From: an uncultured Acidobacteriaceae bacterium
GTDB taxonomy: Bacteria; Acidobacteriota; Terriglobia; Terriglobales; Acidobacteriaceae
Reading direction: 5' to 3'
DNA: 64,000 nucleotides
Assembly: GCA_963723135.1 (NCBI GenBank)
Contig: CAVRPN010000007.1
Location: forward strand, 1,229,373-1,293,372
Shown here: piece after piece, positions 18,143 to 27,164 of the stretch
Layout of the letters: the number at the start of each line of letters is the position of its first letter
Position numbering within the stretch: position 1 is the stretch's first letter
Program-made: the position numbers and the translations under genes
Notes under the pieces: generated by a model
Databases searched by the model: none
Seen by the model: the letters and a program-made list of their open reading frames with translations, nothing else
Told to the model about the DNA's origin: nothing

Positions 18143-18267
18143 GCGCAGGACTTGCTGGAGGTCAACGAGCCAGTTTATCCGTAAACGGGCAGGGTCATTT
18201 GGCGATAAATCGCGATTACACTCATTGACCATTGAATCGGACGTCGAGATGCGTCATGCGCCAAACT

Positions 18268-19752
18268 CTAAACCAACACCCTTTCCCCCGCCGCCACGGC
18301 CGCCGTCCCCCGCATCTGCTTGACCCGCTCGTAGATCTTGCCGTACTCGCGCGCCGAAGCGTTCCAGGAGAAATCTTTATTCATGCCGTTGCGCATGAGC
18401 ACCTGCCACGAAGTCTGGTCGCGAAAAGCCTGCAGCGCCTGTTTGATGGTCAGCAACAACGATTCGCCGTTGTATTCGGTGAACTTGAAGCCCGTGCCCT
18501 TGCCGGAGCGCGCATCCCAGGGCTCGATGGTGTCGTCGAGGCCGCCAGTGGCGCGGACCATGGGCACGGTCCCGTACTTCAGGCTGTAAATCTGATTCAG
18601 GCCGCAGGGCTCGTACTTCGAGGGCATCAGGAACATGTCGGCCCCGGCTTCGATCTTGTGCGCGATGGCGTTGTCGTAGGCCACCTTCACCGCAATCTTG
18701 TTGGGGAACTGCTTGTTGAGCCGGACAAACATCTCTTCGTACTGCTTGTCGCCCGCACCCAGCGCGACTACGATCATCTCTTCGCGCGCCAGCCGGTCCA
18801 TGATCTGGGCGATCAGGTCGAAGCCCTTCTGCGCGGCAAAACGCGAAACGATGCCGATCACGGGCAGCTTCGGGTCGGCGTTGTTGACCCCGAAGGCGGC
18901 CAGCAGATCCTGTTTGCACTTGGCCTTGCCGGAAAGATCCTGCGGTGAGTACTTGGCGGCGGTAAACTTGTCCATCTGCGGACTCCACTCATCGTAGTCC
19001 ACGCCGTTGAGGATGCCGGTTACGGTGGAAGCGCGATCGTGCAGCACCCCCTCCAGTCCGAAGCCGTACTCCGCGGTCTGAATCTCCTGGCTGTACTTTT
19101 TGCTGACCGTGGTGATGTAGTCGGAATAAGTCAGAGCGCCCTTGAGAAAGTTGACCTGCCCGAAAAATTCCATCTTTGACATGGTAAAGAGGTCCCAGGG
19201 CAGCATCAGCAGGGGAAGCGTATCGGGCGGGAACAGGCCCTGGTAGCCCATGTTATGGATGGTGAAAACTGTGCCCACGTCGCGGAAGGCCGGGTCTTCG
19301 GCGTACACCGTGCGCAGCAGCACCGGCACCAGCGCCGACTGCCAGTCGTGGCAATGAAAGACCTGCGGCGCACCCAGAATTTTCGACGCCTCCAGAACCG
19401 CACGGGAGAACAAGGCGAAACGCTCGGCATTGTCGGGATAGTCGCCGGCGGGAGTGCCATACAACGCATCGCGCTCGAAAAACTCCGGATACTCGACAAA
19501 ATAAAAGCGCACTCCGGATTGGCTTCCACCGGTGACCACAGAAGCGAACCGATACTTATCGTCAAAGGGAATGGTGATGCTGCGCACCACGGTGACCGGA
19601 TCCGCCAGCTTGGTCTGCTTGTAACGAGGCAAATAAACGCTCACCTGATGTCCCAGCGCAGCCAGAGCGCGGGGCAGCGCCCCGACCACGTCCGCTAATC
19701 CGCCGGTCTTGGAGAACGGCACCCCCTCCGAAGCGACAAATGCGATGTGCAT
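18268..19752 (-). CDS. glgA: Glycogen synthase (ADP-glucose type)
   Basis: ATG 19752 preceded by GGGAGG. The N-terminus is MHIAFVASEGVPFSKTGGLADVVGALPRAL (KTGGL motif). The track start 19839 adds 29 poorly fitting residues. Confidence 0.9.
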   Translation of the reverse strand: MHIAFVASEGVPFSKTGGLADVVGALPRALAALGHQVSVYLPRYKQTKLADPVTVVRSITIPFDDKYRFASVVTGGSQSGVRFYFVEYPEFFERDALYGTPAGDYPDNAERFALFSRAVLEASKILGAPQVFHCHDWQSALVPVLLRTVYAEDPAFRDVGTVFTIHNMGYQGLFPPDTLPLLMLPWDLFTMSKMEFFGQVNFLKGALTYSDYITTVSKKYSQEIQTAEYGFGLEGVLHDRASTVTGILNGVDYDEWSPQMDKFTAAKYSPQDLSGKAKCKQDLLAAFGVNNADPKLPVIGIVSRFAAQKGFDLIAQIMDRLAREEMIVVALGAGDKQYEEMFVRLNKQFPNKIAVKVAYDNAIAHKIEAGADMFLMPSKYEPCGLNQIYSLKYGTVPMVRATGGLDDTIEPWDARSGKGTGFKFTEYNGESLLLTIKQALQAFRDQTSWQVLMRNGMNKDFSWNASAREYGKIYERVKQMRGTAAVAAGERVLV

Positions 19753-19866
19753 GAATGCGAGACCTCCCGAGCTAACCCGCATCTTGCGGGCGCACGCTAT
19801 GATGGATATTGATTCCGGACCCCAAGTCGCGCACGCCAACGCGCGCGGGTTACCATGTCAGTCTAA

Positions 19867-20754
19867 ATGCCGAAGGAAAAGAGGGTCAACGTGCCCAAGG
19901 TCGTATCCGCTCGCCGCCCCAAACACAAGCCCAAGCTGGGACAACATTTCCTCGCCAGCGACAGCTATGCGGTACAGATCGTAGACGCTCTGGGCGAGGT
20001 TTCACAGAGCACGGTACTTGAAGTCGGTGCCGGACGCGGCGTGCTCACCTCCCTGCTCGCCCGGCGGGTGCGCCGGTTGATCGCCGTGGAGTTGGACCGT
20101 GTACTGGCGGCACAGCTTCGCTTGAAGTTCGGCATGGCTCGCAACGTGGAGATTATCGAAGCCGACATATTGAACATCGACTTCGATTCCCTTTTTGGCC
20201 CCAAGCCCGGGTTGGGCCGTCCCGGCATCGAATTCAAGCCTGCGCCCGTGAAGGTGGTCGGCAACCTTCCTTACTACATTACGTCCGACATTCTTTTGCG
20301 CCTGTTCGAGTACGCGAAATACTTTCAGAGTATTGTTATCCTGGTGCAGCGCGAGGTGGCGGACCGAATCGCCGCCGAGCCGGGCAGCCGGGACTATGGA
20401 CTGCTCTCCGCAACCGCCCAGCTTTACGCCCGGGTGGAAAAGCTCTTCACCCTCCCGCCGGGAGCATTCGAGCCTCCTCCCAAAGTGCATTCCACAGTGC
20501 TGCGGCTCACCATGCAGCCTCGTCAGGAAGAACTTGGCGTTTCAGGGGACGGGTTTATCGACTTTCTCAGGCTCTCATTCGGCCAGAAGCGCAAGACCTT
20601 GTGGAACAATCTGAAGTCGAACTATGAAGGGCCGCTTCTCAAGGCAGCGCTGGCCGAGGCGAGAATCAAACCGACGGCACGGGCAGAGACTTTGCGGCTG
20701 GAGGAAAGCGCCGCGCTGTTTCGTGCCTTGCGCCACGCTACAACCGAGTCGTAG
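19867..20754 (+). CDS. rsmA: 16S rRNA (adenine1518/1519-N6)-dimethyltransferase
   Basis: KPKLGQHFLASDSYAVQIVDAL..VLEVGAGRGVLT (SAM-binding motif) and NLPYYITS are KsgA/RsmA signatures. Confidence 0.9.
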   Translation: MPKEKRVNVPKVVSARRPKHKPKLGQHFLASDSYAVQIVDALGEVSQSTVLEVGAGRGVLTSLLARRVRRLIAVELDRVLAAQLRLKFGMARNVEIIEADILNIDFDSLFGPKPGLGRPGIEFKPAPVKVVGNLPYYITSDILLRLFEYAKYFQSIVILVQREVADRIAAEPGSRDYGLLSATAQLYARVEKLFTLPPGAFEPPPKVHSTVLRLTMQPRQEELGVSGDGFIDFLRLSFGQKRKTLWNNLKSNYEGPLLKAALAEARIKPTARAETLRLEESAALFRALRHATTES

Positions 20755-20793
20755 CATTAGCTTGTCAGCCTGCCTGAACGAAGGGGAGGGCCT

Positions 20794-21615
20794 ATGGCTG
20801 CAACCACGCTTCGTCATCCAGCAGTTGCCGGACGTTTCTACCCGCGTGATCCCGAGGAGCTGCGCGCGGAAGTGCGCTCGTACACGTCCCATGCTCCAGG
20901 GAAAGCGCCGGTACGGTCCTTCGGCTGCATCGTGCCACACGCGGGTTACATTTATTCCGGGCACGTCGCCGGGGCGGTCTTCGCGCGGGTGGAAATTCCT
21001 GAATGCTGCGTTGTGCTGTGCCCAAACCACACCGGAATGGGACGCGCCCTCGCAATCATGAGCGAAGGCGAGTGGGAGACACCACTGGGCGCAGTTCCGA
21101 TCGACGGCACGCTCGCCGCCGCCTTGAAACAGGCCTGCCCTCTTCTGCAGGAAGACGCGGCCGCCCACCGGGCCGAGCACGCGATCGAAGTGGAATTGCC
21201 GTTTTTGCAAGTGCGCCAGCCCAAGCTGCAATTCGTGCCGATCGCACTGGGAACCCAGCTGTTCGAGCCTCTCGAGCAACTCGGCCTCGCGCTGGCCGAC
21301 GCGATCATGGCCAGAAAACGACCCACTCTAATCGTCGCCTCCAGCGACATGAATCATTACGAATCTGACGCTCTTACCCGCGTCAAGGATGGCCGGGCCA
21401 TTGAACGAATTCTCGCTCTCGATGCGCGCGGCCTGCACGAGGTGGTCACCCAGCAGGACGTCAGCATGTGCGGCTTCGGACCCGCCATCGTGACGATCAC
21501 TGCCGCGAAGAAACTGGGGGCCGGCTCTGCGGAACTGGTGAAATATGCGACTTCGGGTGACATTTCCGGCGACCGGCAACTGGTCGTCGGATACGCGGGC
21601 GTTCTCTTCCAATAA
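20794..21615 (+). CDS. AmmeMemoRadiSam system protein B (MEMO1-like)
   Basis: HPAVAGRFYPRDPEELRAEV and IVPHAGYIYSGHVAG are typical Memo-family motifs. Confidence 0.8.
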   Translation: MAATTLRHPAVAGRFYPRDPEELRAEVRSYTSHAPGKAPVRSFGCIVPHAGYIYSGHVAGAVFARVEIPECCVVLCPNHTGMGRALAIMSEGEWETPLGAVPIDGTLAAALKQACPLLQEDAAAHRAEHAIEVELPFLQVRQPKLQFVPIALGTQLFEPLEQLGLALADAIMARKRPTLIVASSDMNHYESDALTRVKDGRAIERILALDARGLHEVVTQQDVSMCGFGPAIVTITAAKKLGAGSAELVKYATSGDISGDRQLVVGYAGVLFQ

Positions 21616-21647
21616 ACCGTTTTCAGATATTGTGGATCAAAACACAT

Positions 21648-21744
21648 GTCATCCCGAGCGAAGGCGAGGGATCCAGGTTCCTGCCTGCAGCGTCAATATG
21701 CCCCTGCAGGCAAACAGCTAGATCTCTCGCTGCGCTCGGGATGA
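21648..21744. repeat. REP-like nested hairpin element (GTCATCCCGAGCGAAGG family)
   Basis: The outer arms GTCATCCCGAGCGAAGGCGAGGGATC (21648-21673) and GATCTCTCGCTGCGCTCGGGATGA (21721-21744) are imperfect reverse complements. An inner 9-bp inverted repeat TGCCTGCAG/CTGCAGGCA lies between them. The element sits between convergent genes. Confidence 0.7.
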
Positions 21745-21854
21745 AAGGGGATGGATACGGCGACCGTGAAGCTGCCTTGACTTGCTTAACGACGTCCAAA
21801 AAATCAGGGCGGTCTTTTCGGCCGCCCTCTGTCTATCTCCTCGATGGAAAATTC

Positions 21855-23183
21855 TCAGCGATGCGCGGCGCCTCCGGATACGTGCCCCGCCGGCGCGGAA
21901 CTGACGTGGCCGGCACCCACGGAGGAGTGCGGCGTGCTGGATCCGCCTCCGGCCATGCGGCCGCCTCCGAATCCGTATCCGCTGCCACGTGATCCGCTGG
22001 CGGAGAATTGTGCCCTCGGAGCCACTTCGACCGAACCCCTCTTTGCCACCTGGCTATTCATCTGGCGGAGGTTCCCGAAGGACCCTCGCGGAACTCCCAA
22101 CCCCGCTGAACCCCTGCTGACCACCGTCCGCATGGACGTTGCGTGGGTGAACACCGGCCCGCCTCGGCCGACAACCACCGTACGCACTCCGCTGGCCGGA
22201 ACTACAGGGACGTGAAAATGAACTGGCGGAGCGCCCGAAAAACGCGGCATTCCCGACCAGCCTCCCCAACCACCCGGCTGCCAGCCCCAGCCGAAGCCCG
22301 GAGCATAGATCCAGTTGCCGTAGTAGTAGGGCATCCAACCCCACGGGTAGGCCGACACGAACATGAAGCCAAATCCCGGATACCACGACCATGCCCCATC
22401 CATGAACGGATCCCAGCCAATGCCGGTGAAGTACGGCTGCCACAGCATGCCGTAGCCGGCGACATTGTTATAACCACCGTAGTAGTTCAGGTCGCTATAG
22501 CCATAGCCGTAAGGCGTTGAATTGTTCTTGGAATATTGTTCGTGGTACTGGATGGCCTGTTTGTCCCATTCATCGTAGGGATCCTCTTCAAAGTTCTTGG
22601 CCACGGTGGAACGGTCTTCGTCGTTCACCGCGAAGGTCACCATCTTTTTCTTATCCACCTTCACGGTGCCGGCCGGGCCGACCACATTCACATCGTTCTT
22701 GAAACTGGCAACTTCGGCCAGGGTCGGAGAAGTCGCGACCCGGAAGTGTGCTGCCTGGTTCAGCTCGATCTTTTCGTGGGAGAAATTCAGAGTGAACTGA
22801 TCGCCGGCTTTTCCCAGCCAGTTGACGTAAGCCTTGCCTTCAACCAGGTCCACCACCGAGACGCGCTTGCCGGCATCGTCGAGACCCAGCGTGCTGAACT
22901 GGACCGTGGTGTTGGGAGTGAGCCGCATCGTGCTGCCATCCTCGAACTCAATCTCGACCCGGCCGCTGTCCTTGGTACGCAGTTGCGTTCCCTGGGTGAT
23001 GGGAAGATTGAGAAACGCGTTCTCAAAGCCCAGTCCGGTGTTCTTGTCGATCTGAGCCGTACCCTGCACGTCGCTCAAACGAACGATGCGTGCTTGTGAA
23101 CCTGCCCAGGCAGGCAGCGCAGAAAGCGCGCAGGCCAAGGCGGCCAGGAGCAACAGGCTGAAACGTGGTTTGCACATAGGCAC
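21855..23183 (-). CDS. FecR-domain protein with an aromatic/Gly-rich (YxWGxW-like) C-terminal half
   Basis: Signal peptide, then a FecR-like region (ARIVRLSDVQGTAQID...GRVEIEFEDGSTMRLTPNTTVQF). This is followed by W/Y/G-rich repeats (GWDPFMDGAWSWYPGFGF...YPWGWMPYYYGNWIYAPGFGWGWQPGGWGGW) and a Gly/Ser-rich tail. Confidence 0.65.
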   Translation of the reverse strand: MPMCKPRFSLLLLAALACALSALPAWAGSQARIVRLSDVQGTAQIDKNTGLGFENAFLNLPITQGTQLRTKDSGRVEIEFEDGSTMRLTPNTTVQFSTLGLDDAGKRVSVVDLVEGKAYVNWLGKAGDQFTLNFSHEKIELNQAAHFRVATSPTLAEVASFKNDVNVVGPAGTVKVDKKKMVTFAVNDEDRSTVAKNFEEDPYDEWDKQAIQYHEQYSKNNSTPYGYGYSDLNYYGGYNNVAGYGMLWQPYFTGIGWDPFMDGAWSWYPGFGFMFVSAYPWGWMPYYYGNWIYAPGFGWGWQPGGWGGWSGMPRFSGAPPVHFHVPVVPASGVRTVVVGRGGPVFTHATSMRTVVSRGSAGLGVPRGSFGNLRQMNSQVAKRGSVEVAPRAQFSASGSRGSGYGFGGGRMAGGGSSTPHSSVGAGHVSSAPAGHVSGGAAHR

Positions 23184-23316
23184 CCCCGAAACACTTGGAC
23201 CTACTTATTAGAACACGCTTGCGGCCCCGGAGTTGTCAAGAAACCCCCCGCGTGCAGGTTACTCCAGACCGTCCAGCCTGCCACAGCTGGTGTGACAGTA
23301 GATGGTAACGACTTGA

Positions 23317-24006
23317 TTAATGCCTGCCCGTTGAAGCAGCCTTGCCCACTGCAATCAGCCTTTGTGCCCGTGCCCGCACCAGGTTGATCACCGAGGGGTC
23401 GTCGACAATCTCCTGCAAGACTGGACCTATCGCCTGTATCTCACTCAATTCATGACTGCTTGCCTGTGTTTCGAGGTGCCGTAGCTCGTCGTCGAGCGCC
23501 AGCTTTTGATAGCGGTGGGAGTAAGCCAGCATGCGTCCGTACTCAAGCGTGGTGCTCATGCTCTCGAAGAGCGCCGCCAATTGCTGGACTGCCGAGCTAG
23601 TTGAATAGTTGAAAGATGCACTGTATTTCCGCGGACCGTCCTGATAGCTAAAGGTTTTTGTTCCGGTAAAGGCCAGCTTGTGATTTCCAGAATCGAGAGC
23701 ACCGGCAAAGAAATCGGCCTGCTTGGCCCAGGCGAAAATCCGGTCGCGGTTCGTGGCCGACACCTCGAACTCGAACTCATAGAGCTGGTCTTCGGAATCG
23801 TCCGCAACTTTCGCCGAGCTCTCGTAGGCTCCGTGGCCGTCCTGGCGAACGGAGATCGAGTAATGGCTGGGGTCCGAGGCGGGAAAATCGAGCGTGAAGC
23901 TCACGATGGCGTCAGAGTTGCCGCCGGTGGCTTGCTGCGAGTAAAGCGGCGGGGCGGTTACGGCGACCAAAACTAATCCGGCACAGAAAAATAGCAAGGA
24001 CCTCAT
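23317..24006 (-). CDS. Hypothetical secreted protein
   Basis: 229-aa ORF with signal peptide MRSLLFFCAGLVLVAVTAPPLYSQQ, directly downstream of and co-directional with ruvC. No recognisable family. Confidence 0.5.
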   Translation of the reverse strand: MRSLLFFCAGLVLVAVTAPPLYSQQATGGNSDAIVSFTLDFPASDPSHYSISVRQDGHGAYESSAKVADDSEDQLYEFEFEVSATNRDRIFAWAKQADFFAGALDSGNHKLAFTGTKTFSYQDGPRKYSASFNYSTSSAVQQLAALFESMSTTLEYGRMLAYSHRYQKLALDDELRHLETQASSHELSEIQAIGPVLQEIVDDPSVINLVRARAQRLIAVGKAASTGRH

Positions 24007-24067
24007 GCTGGAAGAATTATGCCAGACTTTGGATCAGACAGACGACTCGCCGCGGCGTGGACCAAAC

Positions 24068-24589
24068 TCACCCTGACGCCCGGCTCCGGACGACCACCGC
24101 ACGCTGCCTTTGTAGAGTTCCCGCCGTGTGCAAATGGCAAATCGCGATGGCCAGCGCGTCGGAGACGTCCATAGGTTCGGGAGGTTGGGAAAGTTCCAGC
24201 AGCCGCGTCACCATATGCTGCACCTGCTGCTTCTCGGCGCGTCCATAACCCACGACTGAGGACTTGATAGTCAGGGGCGAATACTCCGCGACTTCGAGTC
24301 CTGCGGCGGCGGCGGCCAGCATCGCCACTCCGCGGACTTGTCCCAGCTTCAACGCCGACTTCACATTCAGCGCGTAGAACACGTCTTCAATCGCGACCTC
24401 ATCCGGCCGGTGCTCGGTGATGACGTCGCCAAGTTGGGTAAATATCCGGGATAAACGCCGGGGCAGAGGTTCCCGCAGCGAAAGCTTGATCGCGCCACAG
24501 GCGACACAGCACAGCTTCTCCCCGGAATTCATCTCGACCACGCCATACCCGGTGTATTCGCCGCCGCAATCGATACCCATAACCCGCAT
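24068..24589 (-). CDS. ruvC: Crossover junction endodeoxyribonuclease RuvC
   Basis: ATG 24589 gives MRVMGIDCGGEYTGYGVVE (catalytic Asp in GIDxG). The 173-aa length is typical; the track start 24748 adds 53 non-homologous residues. Confidence 0.9.
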   Translation of the reverse strand: MRVMGIDCGGEYTGYGVVEMNSGEKLCCVACGAIKLSLREPLPRRLSRIFTQLGDVITEHRPDEVAIEDVFYALNVKSALKLGQVRGVAMLAAAAAGLEVAEYSPLTIKSSVVGYGRAEKQQVQHMVTRLLELSQPPEPMDVSDALAIAICHLHTAGTLQRQRAVVVRSRASG

Positions 24590-24763
24590 GCACGCAGTGT
24601 ATCGCACCGGACAAATTCCGCAGTTTTGCGACTGCACTGCGGGTACCGGGAGAGTCCTCGACCACCCCCTGTTTTGAATCATTCCCATAAGAATTTTGAA
24701 TTTGCTCTGGCATAAGGAATCCATAAAGATGATGCCTACTCTGCTCATGCCGAGGGGGCGAAA

Positions 24764-25135
24764 ATGAAAAGACTTGCGCTTGGCGCGCTTGCCGTGGTTC
24801 TGGTCGCTTCTACTTTTGTTTTGGCCCAGAACGTGGCCAAACCGGCGGACGTTCAGCCCGTAAGGGTCAAGGCCGAGGGTCCCTCCGCCCCTGCGGTTAC
24901 GGCGAAGCCCCTCACTGTTTTGGGCAAAGTCGCAAACGACGGCAAGACGTTCGTGACCGACATCGACACGGAATGGGAGGTCAGCAACGTCGATGCCTTA
25001 AAGGGCTACGAAGGCCGGTTAACCACGGTGAAATGTTACGTCGACCCTGAGCGCAACCGGATGCATGTGCTTTCCGTAAAGGCGGCCGAAGTGAAGTATG
25101 CCTCCCGGCAAGGCGATTCCGCCTTCCGCCGCTAG
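24764..25135 (+). CDS. Hypothetical small secreted protein
   Basis: 123 aa with signal peptide MKRLALGALAVVLVASTFVLAQ. Confidence 0.5.
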   Translation: MKRLALGALAVVLVASTFVLAQNVAKPADVQPVRVKAEGPSAPAVTAKPLTVLGKVANDGKTFVTDIDTEWEVSNVDALKGYEGRLTTVKCYVDPERNRMHVLSVKAAEVKYASRQGDSAFRR

Positions 25136-25278
25136 GCGTGCCCGCAAACGCTCGGGGCCAACTCTCGCAGAGGCACCCTCAGCCTTTCGTTCGGCACCCT
25201 GTCTGGCCATGTTCTCAAGTGTGTTCCTTAGTTCTTAATTCGCTTCCCTGATCTCCCCCAAGCAGTCATACTGGCAAA

Positions 25279-26976
25279 ATGGTGCGTGCTTTCCTTGATG
25301 AGCGTTGGCTCCCGAAGTCTGTCCTTTGTTTTCGGGGCTACAGCGGTAACAAGTTTCTCCACGATCTGATCGCTGGAATCACCGTGGGCCTGGTCGCTCT
25401 GCCTCTGGCCATGGCCTTTTCGATTGCCTCCGGCTTGACTCCGCAAGCCGGGATCTATTGCGCCATCGTCACCGGATTTCTGATCTCGTTGCTGGGCGGC
25501 TCCAAAACCCAGATTGGCGGCCCCACCGGCGCCTTTGTGGTTGTCATCGCGGGTATAGTCGCAGCCCACGGTGTGGACGGCCTTTTCATGTGCACGGTGA
25601 TGGCCGGCGTGCTGCTGATGGTCATGGGAGTCACCGGCATGGGCACCGCGGTCAGGTTCATACCGCGTCCCGTGGTAATTGGTTTTACCAACGGCATTGC
25701 CGTGCTCATCGCCAGCACGCAGGTCAAGGATTTCTTCGGCCTGCAGCTGGAAAAAGTCCCGGGCATCTTTTCGCTGCGCATGGCCGCCCTGGCCGGCAGC
25801 TTTCACACGCTTTCCTACGCCGCCACCGCGCTAGCGGCAGGCACCGTGCTGGTGATGGTGGTGTGCCGCGCCGTCTCCATCCGCATTCCTGGGGCCATCG
25901 CCGCCCTGGTGCTAGGCACGGTTGCGGCGGTTCTGTTCGAACTTCCCGTAGAAACCATCGGGACGCGCTTTGGCGGCATTCCCGGCGGCCTGCCTCACCT
26001 GGTGATTCCCCGCTTCCGCATCGACCTCATCCATGGATTGCTCGGCCCCGCTTTCACCGTAGCCATGCTGGGTGCGATCGAATCTCTGATGTCCGCGGTG
26101 GTGTCCGATCGCATGAGCAACGACCGGCATAATCCCAACGTCGAACTCATCGGTCAGGGCGTGGCCAATGTAGTTTCGCCCCTGTTTGGCGGGCTCCCGG
26201 CTACGGGGGCGATCGCCCGCACCGCAACCAATATCCGCTCCGGGGCGCAATCGCCGGCAGCAGGCATGATTCACTCTGTCACACTGCTCTGTATCCTGCT
26301 TTTTGCCTCGCGCCTGGTGAGTCATGTTCCGCTGGCTATGCTCGCCGGAATTCTCATGGTGGTCGCTTACAACATGGGCGAATGGCGCGAGATTCCACAA
26401 CTGCTCAAGCTCACCAAAACTGACATCAGCGTATGGCTGGTAACTTTCGCTCTCACGGTTTTCGCTGACCTCACCGTCGCGGTTGAAGCCGGCATGATCC
26501 TGGCCGCTCTGCTGTTTATCAGCCGCGTGGCCAGCACCACTACCGTCTCTCAAGTCACCGACGAATACGTGGAAGATGGACGCATCCACATCCTGCAGGA
26601 TAAGGACATTCCCTACTACGCCACGATTTTCCGCATCCACGGCCCGTTTCTATTTGGCGCGACCGACAAGATCTCCGTGGTGACGGAAAGGCTGCACCGC
26701 TTGCCTCCGGTCGTGATCCTGCGCCTGCGCAACATGACGGCTCTCGATGCCACCGGCATGTTCGCACTCGAAGAGACTGCCCGCCAGCTCCACGCAACGC
26801 GGCGCACCCTGATCCTGTGTGGCGCTCGCGAACAACCTGCCAAGTTAATTCACCAGGCGGAGTTTGAAGAGGTAATCGGCCGCGAGAATATCTGTGAACA
26901 TGTGCAAGCCGCTCTGCGCCGCGCGGAAGAGGTTTTCGAAGGTCTGGAGACCACCTCCATCGTTGGAAAGAACTGA
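25279..26976 (+). CDS. SulP-family anion transporter with C-terminal STAS domain
   Basis: 565 aa. DLIAGITVGLVALPLAMAF and polytopic core, with a C-terminal STAS-like segment (ATIFRIHGPFLFGATDKI...VILRLRNMTALDATG). Confidence 0.9.
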   Translation: MVRAFLDERWLPKSVLCFRGYSGNKFLHDLIAGITVGLVALPLAMAFSIASGLTPQAGIYCAIVTGFLISLLGGSKTQIGGPTGAFVVVIAGIVAAHGVDGLFMCTVMAGVLLMVMGVTGMGTAVRFIPRPVVIGFTNGIAVLIASTQVKDFFGLQLEKVPGIFSLRMAALAGSFHTLSYAATALAAGTVLVMVVCRAVSIRIPGAIAALVLGTVAAVLFELPVETIGTRFGGIPGGLPHLVIPRFRIDLIHGLLGPAFTVAMLGAIESLMSAVVSDRMSNDRHNPNVELIGQGVANVVSPLFGGLPATGAIARTATNIRSGAQSPAAGMIHSVTLLCILLFASRLVSHVPLAMLAGILMVVAYNMGEWREIPQLLKLTKTDISVWLVTFALTVFADLTVAVEAGMILAALLFISRVASTTTVSQVTDEYVEDGRIHILQDKDIPYYATIFRIHGPFLFGATDKISVVTERLHRLPPVVILRLRNMTALDATGMFALEETARQLHATRRTLILCGAREQPAKLIHQAEFEEVIGRENICEHVQAALRRAEEVFEGLETTSIVGKN

Positions 26977-27164
26977 GGACCGAGAACCTCCCCATTCCTG
27001 ATGCTGCCCGCTGCCCCGCCAAGCAGGCTCGCTGGTTTTGATGGTAATCTAGTTTTTCCAAGCGATTGCCTATCCCGCGCCTGGGGCAACGGCCGCCCGA
27101 ACCCAGCCCCCGCCCGGGGGTGCATTCTGGGGTTCGCTAAGATTCAAAACCTGCATAGGAGCAG

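Noticed and set aside
15036-18223. Integron-like cassette array (attC sites after each ORF)
   Set aside because: No integrase is present. The repeated motif lacks the R''/L''-L'/R' architecture and the GTTRRRY core at a consistent position. There are only three copies.
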